A stretch of DNA of 64,000 nt from Candidatus Nitrospinota bacterium M3_3B_026 (GTDB lineage: Bacteria; Nitrospinota_A; UBA7883; JBPRGF01): positions 224,001-288,000 of the forward strand of contig JBPRGF010000033.1 in assembly GCA_051418015.1 (NCBI GenBank), given 5' to 3'. Below, one piece after another: positions 1 through 9,520 of this stretch (positions are counted from its first letter, which is position 1; each line of letters opens with the position of its first letter). Position numbers and translations under genes: made by a program. The notes below the pieces were generated by a model. That model did no database searches. It was not told where the DNA came from and saw only the letters and a program-made list of their open reading frames with translations.

Positions 1-76
1 GCGTTTTCGCTGGACCCCGGAATTCGTTCATGGCGCTGGACGCGCAAGACGCGGGACAGATAAACCTGGGAAGCGG

Positions 77-1360
77 ATGAGATATAACATCGCTATGCCG
101 CTCGCCATCGCGGCGCTGGTCTTCACTTTCCTTCTCTCACACTCCGGCGCGGCGGCGGAAGAGCCGGACATCCCGGAAGATTACAATTGCGTCAACTGCC
201 ACCTGATGATGGAGGATGACATCCTCACTCCTCCCGTTGAGAGATGGAAGGAGTCCGTACACAGCCGCGCGGGTGTGCTGTGCCACGACTGCCATGGCGG
301 CGATCCGGCCGACGAGGCCATGGCGATGGAGCCGGAGGCGGGGTTCATCGGCGCCCCCTCGCGGGAGGATATCCCGAAGCTTTGCGCCAAATGCCACGCC
401 GACGCGAAGCTCATGCGCGTCTACAACCAGCGGGCGGACCAGTACGCCCTTTACAAGGGCAGCGTCCACGGCAGGAGGCTCGCCGAGGGGGACGCCGAGG
501 TGGCGACGTGCGTCGACTGTCACGGCAAACACAGGATACTCCCCTCCAAGGACCCGAAGTCCACCGTGGCCCGGGCGAACGTCCCGGAGACCTGCGGCGG
601 CTGCCACGCCAGGAAGGAAGTTTTCGAAAAGCGCAGGATGCCCCACAACCAGCTGGAGCTTTACAAGAAAAGCAGGCACTACGAGCTTTTCGCCGAGGGC
701 GACCTGCTGGTCCCCACCTGCGTTGACTGCCATGGAAACCACGGCGTCATGTCCCCCAGGGCCGAGCGCGTCCAGACGGTCTGTTTCAACTGCCACGCCC
801 AGAGCGCCGAATACTATAAAGCCAGCGCGCACTGGAGCGCCTACAAGGAGGCTGGCGAGCCGGTCTGCATAACCTGCCACGGCAATCACGACGTCCCGCG
901 CCCCACGGTGGGGAAATTCACCGGCGAGACGGAGAGGGACTGCATATGGTGCCACCCGGAGGACTCCGCGGCGTACAAGACGGGGCTTGAGTTGAAGAGC
1001 GTCATAGTCTCTACGGCGGGCGCCGTGGAACGGGCGGAGGCGGCCCTGGATGAGTTCGAACGAGGGGCGCATGGCGGGTTCGAGGTGACGGACCTGAAAA
1101 AGGAGATGGATAAGGCCGCGGCGAAGGTCAAGGAGATTCATACCCTGACGCATAAGATGAGCGCGGAAGATATCAAGAAGCGTTCCGAGGGGATCATCCA
1201 GATCGCTGACATGGTAAGCGGCCGGGTGGACAAGATGTGGGTGGAGATAAGGACCCGAAAGATCGGGCTGGTCCTGGCGTGGGTGGTTTTTCTCGGTTTC
1301 GCGGGGGTCTTGGCCGCCAAGTCCAGGGCCCTTGAGCGAAGGCGCGAGATGGAGGATTGA
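77..1360 (+). CDS. Multiheme (9 CxxCH) cytochrome c, exported, C-terminal membrane anchor
   Basis: N-terminal signal peptide; motifs CVNCH, CHDCH, CAKCH, CVDCH, CGGCH, CVDCH, CFNCH, CITCH, CIWCH; helical stalk then hydrophobic IGLVLAWVVFLGFAGVLAA. Confidence 0.92.
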   Translation: MRYNIAMPLAIAALVFTFLLSHSGAAAEEPDIPEDYNCVNCHLMMEDDILTPPVERWKESVHSRAGVLCHDCHGGDPADEAMAMEPEAGFIGAPSREDIPKLCAKCHADAKLMRVYNQRADQYALYKGSVHGRRLAEGDAEVATCVDCHGKHRILPSKDPKSTVARANVPETCGGCHARKEVFEKRRMPHNQLELYKKSRHYELFAEGDLLVPTCVDCHGNHGVMSPRAERVQTVCFNCHAQSAEYYKASAHWSAYKEAGEPVCITCHGNHDVPRPTVGKFTGETERDCIWCHPEDSAAYKTGLELKSVIVSTAGAVERAEAALDEFERGAHGGFEVTDLKKEMDKAAAKVKEIHTLTHKMSAEDIKKRSEGIIQIADMVSGRVDKMWVEIRTRKIGLVLAWVVFLGFAGVLAAKSRALERRREMED

Positions 1361-1367
1361 CCGGCCC

Positions 1368-1652
1368 GTGGCGGATCAGAAGGAAACCGTCAAGCGAATG
1401 GGCGAGACGCCCTTGACTGCGGCTGAGCGCGCGGGGCGGCCTTCCCGGATCACTCTTGCCCTTAGGCTTGTTTTCCTTCCCGTTCTTGCGCTGGCGGGGG
1501 GGCTTTTCCTGCGGGGTGGGCTTTTCCGGGGTGTCGAGGGGCTCAAGGAGGCCGTGAACGGAGCGGCTTTATCGTTTGTCACCGAGGCCAGGCGCTACGA
1601 AAAGTTTTATGGCGCCCCCGAAGCGCTGGAAGAGAAAACAGGAAAAATCTGA
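1368..1652 (+). CDS. Small hypothetical membrane protein (start uncertain: 1332/1368/1398)
   Basis: ORF directly after the cytochrome with one hydrophobic segment (LALRLVFLPVLALAGGLFL); no family recognised. Confidence 0.4.
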   Translation: MADQKETVKRMGETPLTAAERAGRPSRITLALRLVFLPVLALAGGLFLRGGLFRGVEGLKEAVNGAALSFVTEARRYEKFYGAPEALEEKTGKI

Positions 1653-1691
1653 CTGGGACGGCGCGCACGGCATGGGGACCGGGAGCGCCTG

Positions 1692-3425
1692 CTAGACCTT
1701 CTCCCTCTTTCCGGCCCAGCAGGAGAAGGTTATAGCGTCGGAGGGGCAGACAGCCTTGCAGAAGGCGCACCTGATGCACTTGTCCCGGTCTATGACTATT
1801 CCCGTGATTCCCTGCTCCTTGAGGCCGATCCCCTCGTTGAGCCAGCGGTTGTGCTGAAGCTCGGTGAGGGGGGTGATGGAGAGGCAGTACTCCGGACAGA
1901 CATCAACGCAGTTGGCGCACATGATGCAGTTTTCGGGGATGTAAGTCCACAGGTAGTTGCACTGGAAGCAACGCTTGGCCTCCAGGATCGCCTTCTCCTT
2001 CGTAACGCCCTTGTCCACGGGGCCGAAGGTCGACTTCCGCCTGTATATGTCCAGGTGGTCGTTTGGCTGACGCTCGATAAGGTCGTACTGCTCGGCCTTG
2101 TCCTCCGGCTCGCCGGCGTCGTACAGCTTGAATTCCTGCCGTTCGACCTCGACGTCCTCGATCTCTCCGTTCCGCAGGTGCTTGTCGATAGCCACCGCCG
2201 CGGCGTGTCCTTCGGCGATGACCTTTATGGCGTGCTGCGTCCCGGTGACGAAATCTCCGCAGGAGAAGACGCCGGGCAGGCTGGTCGTCCAGTTGTCCAC
2301 GTCCACCTCGACGTTCCCCCACTTGTTCGTCTTCAGACCCTGGTTTTCTATGACCCCGTTGTCGGGCGCCTGCGACACCGCCGGGGCCACGACGTCGCAG
2401 TCCATGACGAACTCCGACCCCTCGACGGGGACGGGCCTGCGCCTGCCGGAGGCGTCCGGCTCGCCCAACTCGTTCTTTATAAGCTTCAGCCCGGTGACCC
2501 TGCCGTCCGGGCCGCCGACGACCTCCAGCGGCGAGACAAGATAATGGAACTTCACCCCCTCGTCCTCGGCCTCCTCGATCTCCTCCGGGACGACGGGTAT
2601 CTCGTCCCTCGTCCTGCGGTAGACGATGTGCACCTCCCGCGCGCCGAGGCGAATCGCCGTGCGCGAGACGTCCATGGCGGTGAATCCCCCGCCGACGACC
2701 ACCACCTTCTTCCCCGCCACGTCCGGCGGCTCGCCCTTGTTCACCTTGTACATGAAGGTGGCGCCGTGGTAGACGCCGTCGAGCTCCTCCCCGGGGACGT
2801 TGAGCCTGGCCGCTTTCCAGGCCCCCGCGGCGATAAGGATCGCCTGATATCCTTCCTTCAGCTCCTCGAGGGTGATGTCTTTGCCCACGCGGGTGTTGTA
2901 CCGTATGTCCACCCCCGCTTTCTCGATCATTCCCACCTCGCGGTCGATCACCTCCCTGGGCAGCCGGTAGGCGGGGATGCCGTAGCGGAGCATCCCGCCG
3001 GGATGGGCCTCCGACTCGAAGACCGTGACGCGGTAGCCGAGCTTGGCCAGGTCGTAAGCCGCCGTCAGCCCCGCCGGGCCCGCGCCGATCACCGCCACCT
3101 TCTCCAGGTTCCCCGCGCCGACGACGGGCGGATCCAGTTCCAGGCCGGAGTATTCCGTCGCCGCGTATTTCAGCGAGCGTATGGAGACGGGCCTGTCGAG
3201 CTTGCCGCGGTTGCACCCGGTCTCGCAGGGGTGCTGGCAGACCCTCGCGCAGACGGAGGGGAAGGGGTTCGTCTCCAGTATCAGGGCGTGGGCGTCGGCC
3301 CATCTGCCCTCGGAGATCAGATGGATGTACCCCTGCACGTCCGTGTGCACCGGACAGTATGCCTGGCAGGGGATATCCTCGTATGTCCTGGGGTCGTACA
3401 GGAAATCGTATTTTCTATCGGCCAT
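1692..3425 (-). CDS. FAD/NAD(P)H-dependent FeS oxidoreductase (GltD/DsrL/NfnB-like) with C-terminal 2x[4Fe-4S] domain
   Basis: PCQAYCP...NPFPSVCARVCQHPCE; GAGPAG FAD motif; GGGFTAMD; YRRTR; EAKRCFQC; CIMCANCVDVCP and CIRCAFCKAVCP; start MADRKY preceded by GGAGG. Confidence 0.9.
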   Translation of the reverse strand: MADRKYDFLYDPRTYEDIPCQAYCPVHTDVQGYIHLISEGRWADAHALILETNPFPSVCARVCQHPCETGCNRGKLDRPVSIRSLKYAATEYSGLELDPPVVGAGNLEKVAVIGAGPAGLTAAYDLAKLGYRVTVFESEAHPGGMLRYGIPAYRLPREVIDREVGMIEKAGVDIRYNTRVGKDITLEELKEGYQAILIAAGAWKAARLNVPGEELDGVYHGATFMYKVNKGEPPDVAGKKVVVVGGGFTAMDVSRTAIRLGAREVHIVYRRTRDEIPVVPEEIEEAEDEGVKFHYLVSPLEVVGGPDGRVTGLKLIKNELGEPDASGRRRPVPVEGSEFVMDCDVVAPAVSQAPDNGVIENQGLKTNKWGNVEVDVDNWTTSLPGVFSCGDFVTGTQHAIKVIAEGHAAAVAIDKHLRNGEIEDVEVERQEFKLYDAGEPEDKAEQYDLIERQPNDHLDIYRRKSTFGPVDKGVTKEKAILEAKRCFQCNYLWTYIPENCIMCANCVDVCPEYCLSITPLTELQHNRWLNEGIGLKEQGITGIVIDRDKCIRCAFCKAVCPSDAITFSCWAGKREKV

Positions 3426-3529
3426 AAAAAACCTCCCGCGCCGCCGTTTCATGAGGGGCTGGTTGAGCTTCCATTATAACCCAGCGCCCCGGCCACCTGC
3501 CACCCGGCGGTTTTCCGCTCTCCTTGATT

Positions 3530-3599
3530 GTCATGCTGAACTTGTTTTGGCATCTAAAGCCGCGTCGAGGCGCGACCCTGGAACAAGTTCAAGGCGCCA
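3530..3599. repeat. REP-like palindromic element (family A)
   Basis: GTCATGCTGAACTTGTTTTGGCATCT...GACCCTGGAACAAGTTCAAGG; similar copy in opposite orientation at 50551-50623. Confidence 0.8.
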
Positions 3600-3600
3600 G

Positions 3601-3690
3601 CCCCCTTCCCTTAGCGGGAGAGGACAAAAGGGGAGGGGGTATTGAATTATACACCCCCTCCTCAATCCTCCCCTTCAAGGGGGAGGATGA
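3601..3690. repeat. REP-like double-hairpin element (family B)
   Basis: CCCTTCCCTTAGCGGGAGAGG...TCCTCCCCTTCAAGGGGGAGGATGA; reverse complement closely matches 25486-25578. Confidence 0.8.
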
Positions 3691-3697
3691 TCTTGCT

Positions 3698-4984
3698 CTA
3701 CTGCAGCGTCTTCAGGTACTCCACAAGCTCGGCTATCTGGTCCTCGTTCAGGTTGAACTGCGGCATGAACGATTTCTGAGACACCGACCGCGGGTCCTTG
3801 AAATGCTTGACCATCCACTCATCCTTGCGGCGCTTGCCGACCTTGGACAGGTCCGGCCCGATCTTGCCGCCCTTGCCGTGGATGGTGTGGCAGACCCAGC
3901 AGTTGTATTTCAGGAAGAGCTTTTCGCCCTCGGACAGTTTCGCGTATTCTTCCGGCGTATAGAGGCCGGCGATCTGCTGCTGCACCTGGCCGCGCTTTTC
4001 GGCCAGCTCCTTGACCTCGGGCCTGTAGCGGTACTTGACCGGGATGTCGCTCTCCCTCATCGAATAGACCCACACCGTCAGCTTGTGCGCCATCTCCTCG
4101 GACATGTTGAAGTTCGGCATGATCGTCTCCTCTATGCCGTGCTCCGGATCGTCCGGGGTGATCTTCTTCGGATCGATGAAATGCTGGAAGGTCCAGCTAT
4201 ACTTGGTCTTTTCCCCTTCCACGTACTTCATCATGTGGGTACCTTCGAACTCGTGCTCCGTGGTCTCCCCGTACCCGGAGAGGTCCGGCGCGACGACCTC
4301 GCCGATGCCGTATATCGTGTGGCAGAAGTCGCACCTTATCTCCAGCTCGTTCTGCCCGGCGGCGAAGTCCCTGGCGTCCATTATCATCTCCGCGCCGGGG
4401 AGGAACCCGTAATCCTCCGGCCGGGTCAGCTCCTCGTGGCACTGTGAGCAGGAGGCCTGGACCATGCTCCACTCGCCGGTGGGGTACATGGGATGCTCCC
4501 AATGGGGGATGCCCCTTGCGTGGGCCTCTTTTTCGTTCGTGGCCCGCCCCTGCCCCTGGTGGCAGACGGTGCATCCGACATTGTTGAACCTGTGGATGAT
4601 CGTCCCGTCGTCCATTATGTGGGCGGCCTCGTGGTAGCTGAAAGGCTGGGGGGCGTCCTTCATGTTCGGGTTGTCCACACCCAGGTGGCACGATGTGCAC
4701 CTGTCGGCGATCCCCAGCTCGTCGTTCCATATCTGCCTGATCTCTATGGGGAACCGGGCCGCCTCCTGCTTTTTCACGGGGTCGGTCTCGATGCTGACGA
4801 GCATGTCGCGGTACTGGCGCTGGTAGTCCCTCCATTGCGGGGTGAAGTCCTCGTAGGTGGTCAGGCCGAAAAGTACCAGCAGCGAAAACGACAAAAAGAC
4901 GTAAAGGACGGCCTTGTCACGCTTCCAGAGGGCTATGACGCCCGCCACGTTGGCCAGCAGGATCAGCGCTACTATAATCTTCAT
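3698..4984 (-). CDS. Membrane-anchored pentaheme cytochrome c subunit of Rieske/cyt b complex
   Basis: Two N-terminal TM helices; CTSCH, CTVCH, CSQCH, CDFCH, CWVCH; two GPDL/APDL...MP class I cyt c domains. Confidence 0.9.
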   Translation of the reverse strand: MKIIVALILLANVAGVIALWKRDKAVLYVFLSFSLLVLFGLTTYEDFTPQWRDYQRQYRDMLVSIETDPVKKQEAARFPIEIRQIWNDELGIADRCTSCHLGVDNPNMKDAPQPFSYHEAAHIMDDGTIIHRFNNVGCTVCHQGQGRATNEKEAHARGIPHWEHPMYPTGEWSMVQASCSQCHEELTRPEDYGFLPGAEMIMDARDFAAGQNELEIRCDFCHTIYGIGEVVAPDLSGYGETTEHEFEGTHMMKYVEGEKTKYSWTFQHFIDPKKITPDDPEHGIEETIMPNFNMSEEMAHKLTVWVYSMRESDIPVKYRYRPEVKELAEKRGQVQQQIAGLYTPEEYAKLSEGEKLFLKYNCWVCHTIHGKGGKIGPDLSKVGKRRKDEWMVKHFKDPRSVSQKSFMPQFNLNEDQIAELVEYLKTLQ

Positions 4985-5004
4985 ATCCTAAAGCCCTCCG
5001 CCCC

Positions 5005-5835
5005 TCATATGTTGAAGTAAGGGGTGGTGATTATGTATTTGTATCCGAAGGTGAGCCGCAACAGCACCTTGGCCACCACCGACAAGGTCAGTAGAACATG
5101 CGCCTGGATGATGACGTACCGGATCATGCCCAGCTTCTCGAAATAGTCCCGCGCCATGACGGCGAGCTTGTTGGAGCCGCCGAGCCTTGCGAAAAGGAGC
5201 GGAGCGACCATCCCGCCGCCGAAGAAGATGACCAGGGACAAAAGGCCGATGGAGTTCGGCATGTTCTCCAGCATGGCCTCCGACACCTTCAGGGGCACGC
5301 CGGCATACGTCCACTCGCTCCCCCCTATCGGGTAGTCGAAATAGGGCCAGTAAAACTCCCAGCTCGGCCCGCGGAACCACTGCCCGACGGCAATCAGGAG
5401 GAACCAAAGGAAAAGCCCGAAGGAGAAGAAGGCGAAGGCGAACTTCCTGTCCTTGGTCCCGTAGCGGCCCTGGGCCCATGGGGATATGTCCACGTATGGT
5501 ATGAGCATCAGCCCTATGACGATGTGTGTCGGCAGCAGGACGCCCGCTATCCACGGGTCGAAGTAGACCAAAAGCTCCTGCAGGCCGATGAAATACCACG
5601 GCGCCTTGGCCGGGTTCGGCGTCTTGGCCCAGGCGGCCTCCTCCTCGAGCGGCGCGTCGAAAAGGAACGCCGCGCCCCAGATGACCACCGTTATGAACAG
5701 CATCGACAGGAAGACTATCCACACGAAGTAGGGCCACGAGGGAACCCTGGGATAGTCCGGCTTGTTGGACAACATGTAGCCCGACTTGGCCGGGTTCACT
5801 TCCGTTTCAGACATCAATTCAGTCCCGTCACTCAT
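5005..5835 (-). CDS. Cytochrome b subunit IV-like (PetD/QcrC-like) protein
   Basis: PSWPY, PLEEEA..TPNPAKAPWYF.GLQELL (PEWY-equivalent), multiple TM helices, follows cyt b. Confidence 0.85.
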   Translation of the reverse strand: MSDGTELMSETEVNPAKSGYMLSNKPDYPRVPSWPYFVWIVFLSMLFITVVIWGAAFLFDAPLEEEAAWAKTPNPAKAPWYFIGLQELLVYFDPWIAGVLLPTHIVIGLMLIPYVDISPWAQGRYGTKDRKFAFAFFSFGLFLWFLLIAVGQWFRGPSWEFYWPYFDYPIGGSEWTYAGVPLKVSEAMLENMPNSIGLLSLVIFFGGGMVAPLLFARLGGSNKLAVMARDYFEKLGMIRYVIIQAHVLLTLSVVAKVLLRLTFGYKYIITTPYFNI

Positions 5836-5848
5836 ATGTCAACGCCAA

Positions 5849-6652
5849 TCACATAGGCCCGGAGAAGCCGTCTTTGCGGATTCTCCAGAAATGGAAAACC
5901 ATCAGCCCCGTGGCCACCAGCGGCAGGGCCACGCAGTGCCACACGTAGGCGCGGATCAGCGCGTTCGGGCCGACCCTCGTGCCGCCCAGTATGGCGAACC
6001 TTATGTCGTTGTCTATCCTCACCCCCAGCAGATCCGAGAAGGGGCCTTCATAGCCGATGAACGGCGTGGCGGAGGCCATGTTGGTCCCCACGGTGACGGC
6101 CCAGAACCCGAGCTGGTCCCACGGCAGCAGGTAGCCGGTGAAGGACAGCAGGAGCGTTATAACCAGGAGCAGCACCCCCACCACCCAGTTGAACTGCCGC
6201 GGGGGCTTGTAGGACCCGGTGTAGAACACCCTGGCCATGTGCAATATCACCGAGAAGACCATCCCGTGCGCCGCCCACCGGTGCATGTTCCTGAGGACGC
6301 GGCCGTAGGGGACCATGAAGTAAAGGTCTTTCATGTCGTTGAAGGCGCGGTGCTCCTCCGGCACGTAATAGAACATCAGGATCACCCCCGTCAGCGTCAG
6401 CAGCAGGAAAAGGAAGAGGGTGATCCCCCCCATGCACCACGTATAATAAAGCTTGAGGCCGTGGACGCCCACCTTGGTGGGGAGTATGTGCATAATGAAG
6501 CTCGAGCGCATGACGGCCATGCGCTTGAGCAGGGAGTTCGGGAACCCAACTCTGAAAATCGATTTCCACACGAAGCTTTCGGTGACGGCGTCGGCGAGCC
6601 TTTCCAGGGCTCCCCTGTTTTTCTTTCCGTTGTCAGACGGCCTGTCCGTCAT
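5849..6652 (-). CDS. petB: Cytochrome b6-type N-terminal subunit
   Basis: WCMGG (heme ci Cys), [46 protein letters not shown]. Confidence 0.93.
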   Translation of the reverse strand: MTDRPSDNGKKNRGALERLADAVTESFVWKSIFRVGFPNSLLKRMAVMRSSFIMHILPTKVGVHGLKLYYTWCMGGITLFLFLLLTLTGVILMFYYVPEEHRAFNDMKDLYFMVPYGRVLRNMHRWAAHGMVFSVILHMARVFYTGSYKPPRQFNWVVGVLLLVITLLLSFTGYLLPWDQLGFWAVTVGTNMASATPFIGYEGPFSDLLGVRIDNDIRFAILGGTRVGPNALIRAYVWHCVALPLVATGLMVFHFWRIRKDGFSGPM

Positions 6653-6685
6653 GAGAATAGCTCCTCTCCTCGTTTTATGAGCCGC

Positions 6686-7276
6686 CTAGGCGTTGAGCCG
6701 CAGGAAGTACGGCTCCTCCCTTATGTCCTTCATTTCTTTGTCGGTCCAGGTCGGCAGCAGGGTCTGCTTGGCGTATTGAAGCTCCGGCCTCTTTATCCCC
6801 AGCAGGCCGGTGGTCACTATCATCGAGCCGTCCGGGGCGAGCTTTATCTTCGCCCTGAACAAAGGCAGCGGCGCCGGGCCGGAGACCACCTCACCCTCCA
6901 AGTTGTAGTTCGATCCGTGGCAAGGGCATTTGAACCTCTGCTCGCCGGGGAACCAGTTCGGCGTGCAACCAAGGTGCGTGCAGACGGCGACCATGGCGTA
7001 TATGCCGGCGTTGTTCCTGACCAGCCATACCCTTTGCGACTTCTTGAACCTCTCGTCCACCACCACCTCGCCCGGAGTGGTCGGCGCAAGGTAGTCCGAC
7101 GGCCTGCCGGCGTTGAAGGTGGTCTGCGGCTCGTAAAGAACGCCGGGATAGAAAAACTTCGCGAAGCCCGCCGCGGAGCCTGCGCAGAAGACGCACAGCG
7201 AAGACCAGCCCGTTACGAGGAAAAACTTTCTCCTCGACGGATCCGTTCCGGGCGAGATGGAGTCGAAATCGTCCAT
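6686..7276 (-). CDS. Rieske [2Fe-2S] subunit of cytochrome bc complex
   Basis: Tat motif SRRKFF; CTHLGC and CPCHGS boxes; GPAPLPL. Confidence 0.95.
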   Translation of the reverse strand: MDDFDSISPGTDPSRRKFFLVTGWSSLCVFCAGSAAGFAKFFYPGVLYEPQTTFNAGRPSDYLAPTTPGEVVVDERFKKSQRVWLVRNNAGIYAMVAVCTHLGCTPNWFPGEQRFKCPCHGSNYNLEGEVVSGPAPLPLFRAKIKLAPDGSMIVTTGLLGIKRPELQYAKQTLLPTWTDKEMKDIREEPYFLRLNA

Positions 7277-7390
7277 CCTAACTCTCCCCCTTATGAATTT
7301 TTCAGCGCCTGGCTGAAAGGCTGGCTGCCTGTCAAAGGTTTAAAAAAAAACTTCTAAACTTTGCGGTGTTCAGGATATAAGCTGACGGCT

Positions 7391-7419
7391 TTTATAGCAT
7401 AGAGAAATCACTATGGCAA
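7391..7419 (-). promoter_or_regulatory. sigma70-type promoter of Rieske/cyt b operon
   Basis: Minus strand TTGCCA-N17-TATAAA with TG extended -10, in AT-rich intergenic region. Confidence 0.65.
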
Positions 7420-7493
7420 TTTTTTTTTGAATCTTTTTTAAACTTTCAGGAATCATAATGGGTTACGGTGATGAAATCCGCGGAGCGGCTTTT

Positions 7494-8081
7494 TTATCCC
7501 AGCATCCTGAGCGCCTCTTTCAGGGCCGTCTCGACGCCTGAGTCTCCGCTTTCGCGCAGAGCCCGCGCCGCCGCCCGCTTGGCCTCGTCTTTTTTGTATC
7601 CCAGCGACACCAGCGCCTCCATCACGGGATCAAGGCGCCCATCCCCCGCGGCCTCCGGCCCCTCTTTTCCCGCGCTCATCCACTCGAATTTGTCCTGAAG
7701 CTCCATGACCAGCCTCTCGGCCGTTTTTTTCCCTATCCCCGGCGCGGCGCTCAGGCGGGCGATATCCTTTTCCATGACGGCCCTGGCCAGCTGCTCACAG
7801 GTCAGGCCCGAGAGAACTCCAAGGGCCAGCCGGGGCCCGACCTTGCTGACGCCGATGAGCATCTCGAAAACCTCTCTCTCCCTCTCCGCGGCGAACCCGA
7901 AAAGCTGGATCGCGTCCTCTCTAACGCTTGTGTACACGTGAAGCGCCGCCATCTCGCCCTCGCCGGGCAGGGCGTAGAAGGTGTTGAGGGAGACGTAGAC
8001 CTCGTATCCCACGCCGCCGGTCTCCACGACGACGCGGGTCGGCTTTTTCGAGGCGAGCCTCCCGGAAAGCCAGGCGATCAT
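7494..8081 (-). CDS. ruvA: Holliday junction branch migration protein RuvA
   Basis: MIAWLSG, GGVGYEV, REDAIQLFGF, GIGKKTAERLVMEL, EALVSLGY. Confidence 0.96.
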   Translation of the reverse strand: MIAWLSGRLASKKPTRVVVETGGVGYEVYVSLNTFYALPGEGEMAALHVYTSVREDAIQLFGFAAEREREVFEMLIGVSKVGPRLALGVLSGLTCEQLARAVMEKDIARLSAAPGIGKKTAERLVMELQDKFEWMSAGKEGPEAAGDGRLDPVMEALVSLGYKKDEAKRAAARALRESGDSGVETALKEALRMLG

Positions 8082-8572
8082 CGGGCCTTCAGCCTGTCCA
8101 GCCTGGCGTGACTCAGGTGGGTGATGGCGATGGCCAGGGCGTCGGAGGCGTCGTAGGAGGAGGGGGGCTCGTCCATGGACAAAAGACGCTTTACCATTTC
8201 GCGGACCTGCGCCTTGTCCGCCTTGCCGTAGCCGGCCACGGCCTGCTTGACGGCGTTGGGGGAATATTCGGCCACGGGAAGACCCATCGTCTCCGCCACC
8301 AGCATGATGACCCCCCTGGCGTGGCCCAGCTTGAGGGCGCTCTGGGGGTCCATGGCGAAAAAGCTCTTCTCCAGCGCCAGAAACTCCGGCCCGGTCTTTC
8401 CTATGACCTCTCTTAAGCCGTCGGCGATCGTTTTCATCCTGTGGGGCATGGAAGCGCCCCTTTTCGCCCTGATGACCCCGCAGCCGTGGAAGCGCGGCGC
8501 GCCGCCCCGGGTCTCGGAGACTATCCCGTAGCCGGTGGCCAGGGTACCGGGGTCGACGCCGATCACGATCAC
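8078..8572 (-). CDS. ruvC: Crossover junction endodeoxyribonuclease RuvC
   Basis: GVDPG..TGYG, ALKLGHARGV, KQAVAGYGKADK, DASDALAIAITH. Confidence 0.96.
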   Translation of the reverse strand: MIVIGVDPGTLATGYGIVSETRGGAPRFHGCGVIRAKRGASMPHRMKTIADGLREVIGKTGPEFLALEKSFFAMDPQSALKLGHARGVIMLVAETMGLPVAEYSPNAVKQAVAGYGKADKAQVREMVKRLLSMDEPPSSYDASDALAIAITHLSHARLDRLKAR

Positions 8573-8575
8573 TTT

Positions 8576-9331
8576 TCAGCCGCCCACCTTTTCCATGACC
8601 TGGTCGGGGATATCGAAGTTCGCGTAGACCTTCTGGACGTCGTCGAGGTCCTCAAGGGCGTTCATCATCTTCAGCAGCTTCGCCGCCTCGCCCTCCGACG
8701 AGACGGCCACGGTGACGCTGGGGATCATGGTGACCTCAGCGGCGGCCAGCGAAACGCCTTTCGCCTCCAGCGCGGAGCGGGTGTCCTCGAAAGCCTCGGG
8801 GGACGTGATGATCTCGTAGGAGTCGTCCGAAGCCATGAAATCCTCCGCCCCCGCCTCCAGGGCCGCCTCCATCAGCTCGTCTTCGACGACGGCGCTCTTT
8901 GGCGCCACGACGATAAAACCCTTTTTCTGGAACATCCAGGCCACGCAGCCGTTTTCTCCCAGCTGGCCGCCGGCCTTGGTGAAGACGGAGCGGATCTCGG
9001 CCACCGTGCGGTTCTTGTTGTCCGTGAGAACCTCCATCATCACCGCCACGCCGCCGGGGCCGTAGCCTTCGTAGACGACCGCCTCGTAGGACTCACCCGG
9101 AAGGTCGCCGGTCCCTTTCTTAATGGCGCGGTCAATGTTCTCGTTCGGCATGTTCGCCGCCTTGGCGTTGGCTACGGCCGTCCGAAGGCGAGGGTTGGCC
9201 TCCGGATCGCCCCCGCCCATCCTCGCGGCGACGGTTATTTCCCGTATCAGCTTGGTGAAAACCTTGCCGCGCTTGGCGTCCACGGCGGCTTTTTTGTGCT
9301 TTATGCCGGCCCACTTGGAATGACCAGCCAT
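8576..9331 (-). CDS. yebC: YebC/PmpR family protein
   Basis: [40 protein letters not shown]. Confidence 0.96.
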   Translation of the reverse strand: MAGHSKWAGIKHKKAAVDAKRGKVFTKLIREITVAARMGGGDPEANPRLRTAVANAKAANMPNENIDRAIKKGTGDLPGESYEAVVYEGYGPGGVAVMMEVLTDNKNRTVAEIRSVFTKAGGQLGENGCVAWMFQKKGFIVVAPKSAVVEDELMEAALEAGAEDFMASDDSYEIITSPEAFEDTRSALEAKGVSLAAAEVTMIPSVTVAVSSEGEAAKLLKMMNALEDLDDVQKVYANFDIPDQVMEKVGG

Positions 9332-9520
9332 CCTCGAATCTCCTCCCTTCCAGCAGGTTGAAAAACTTTCTTCTGAAAAATCCTTCCGTATCTTAACATT
9401 AAACGCGGCCCGGCTCGCCCGGCCGTTCTCAACCGGGCGCGTCATCCCCGATGATGTCTCTTAGGCGGCTCTTTCGCCGCAAAGGTTTCTTCACGAATGG
9501 AAAAGAGGGCGAAAGGCCTG

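Noticed and set aside
1692..3425. Calling the oxidoreductase gltD or dsrL
   Set aside because: No gltB or dsr genes nearby; context points to a bc-associated subunit, so no symbol was given.
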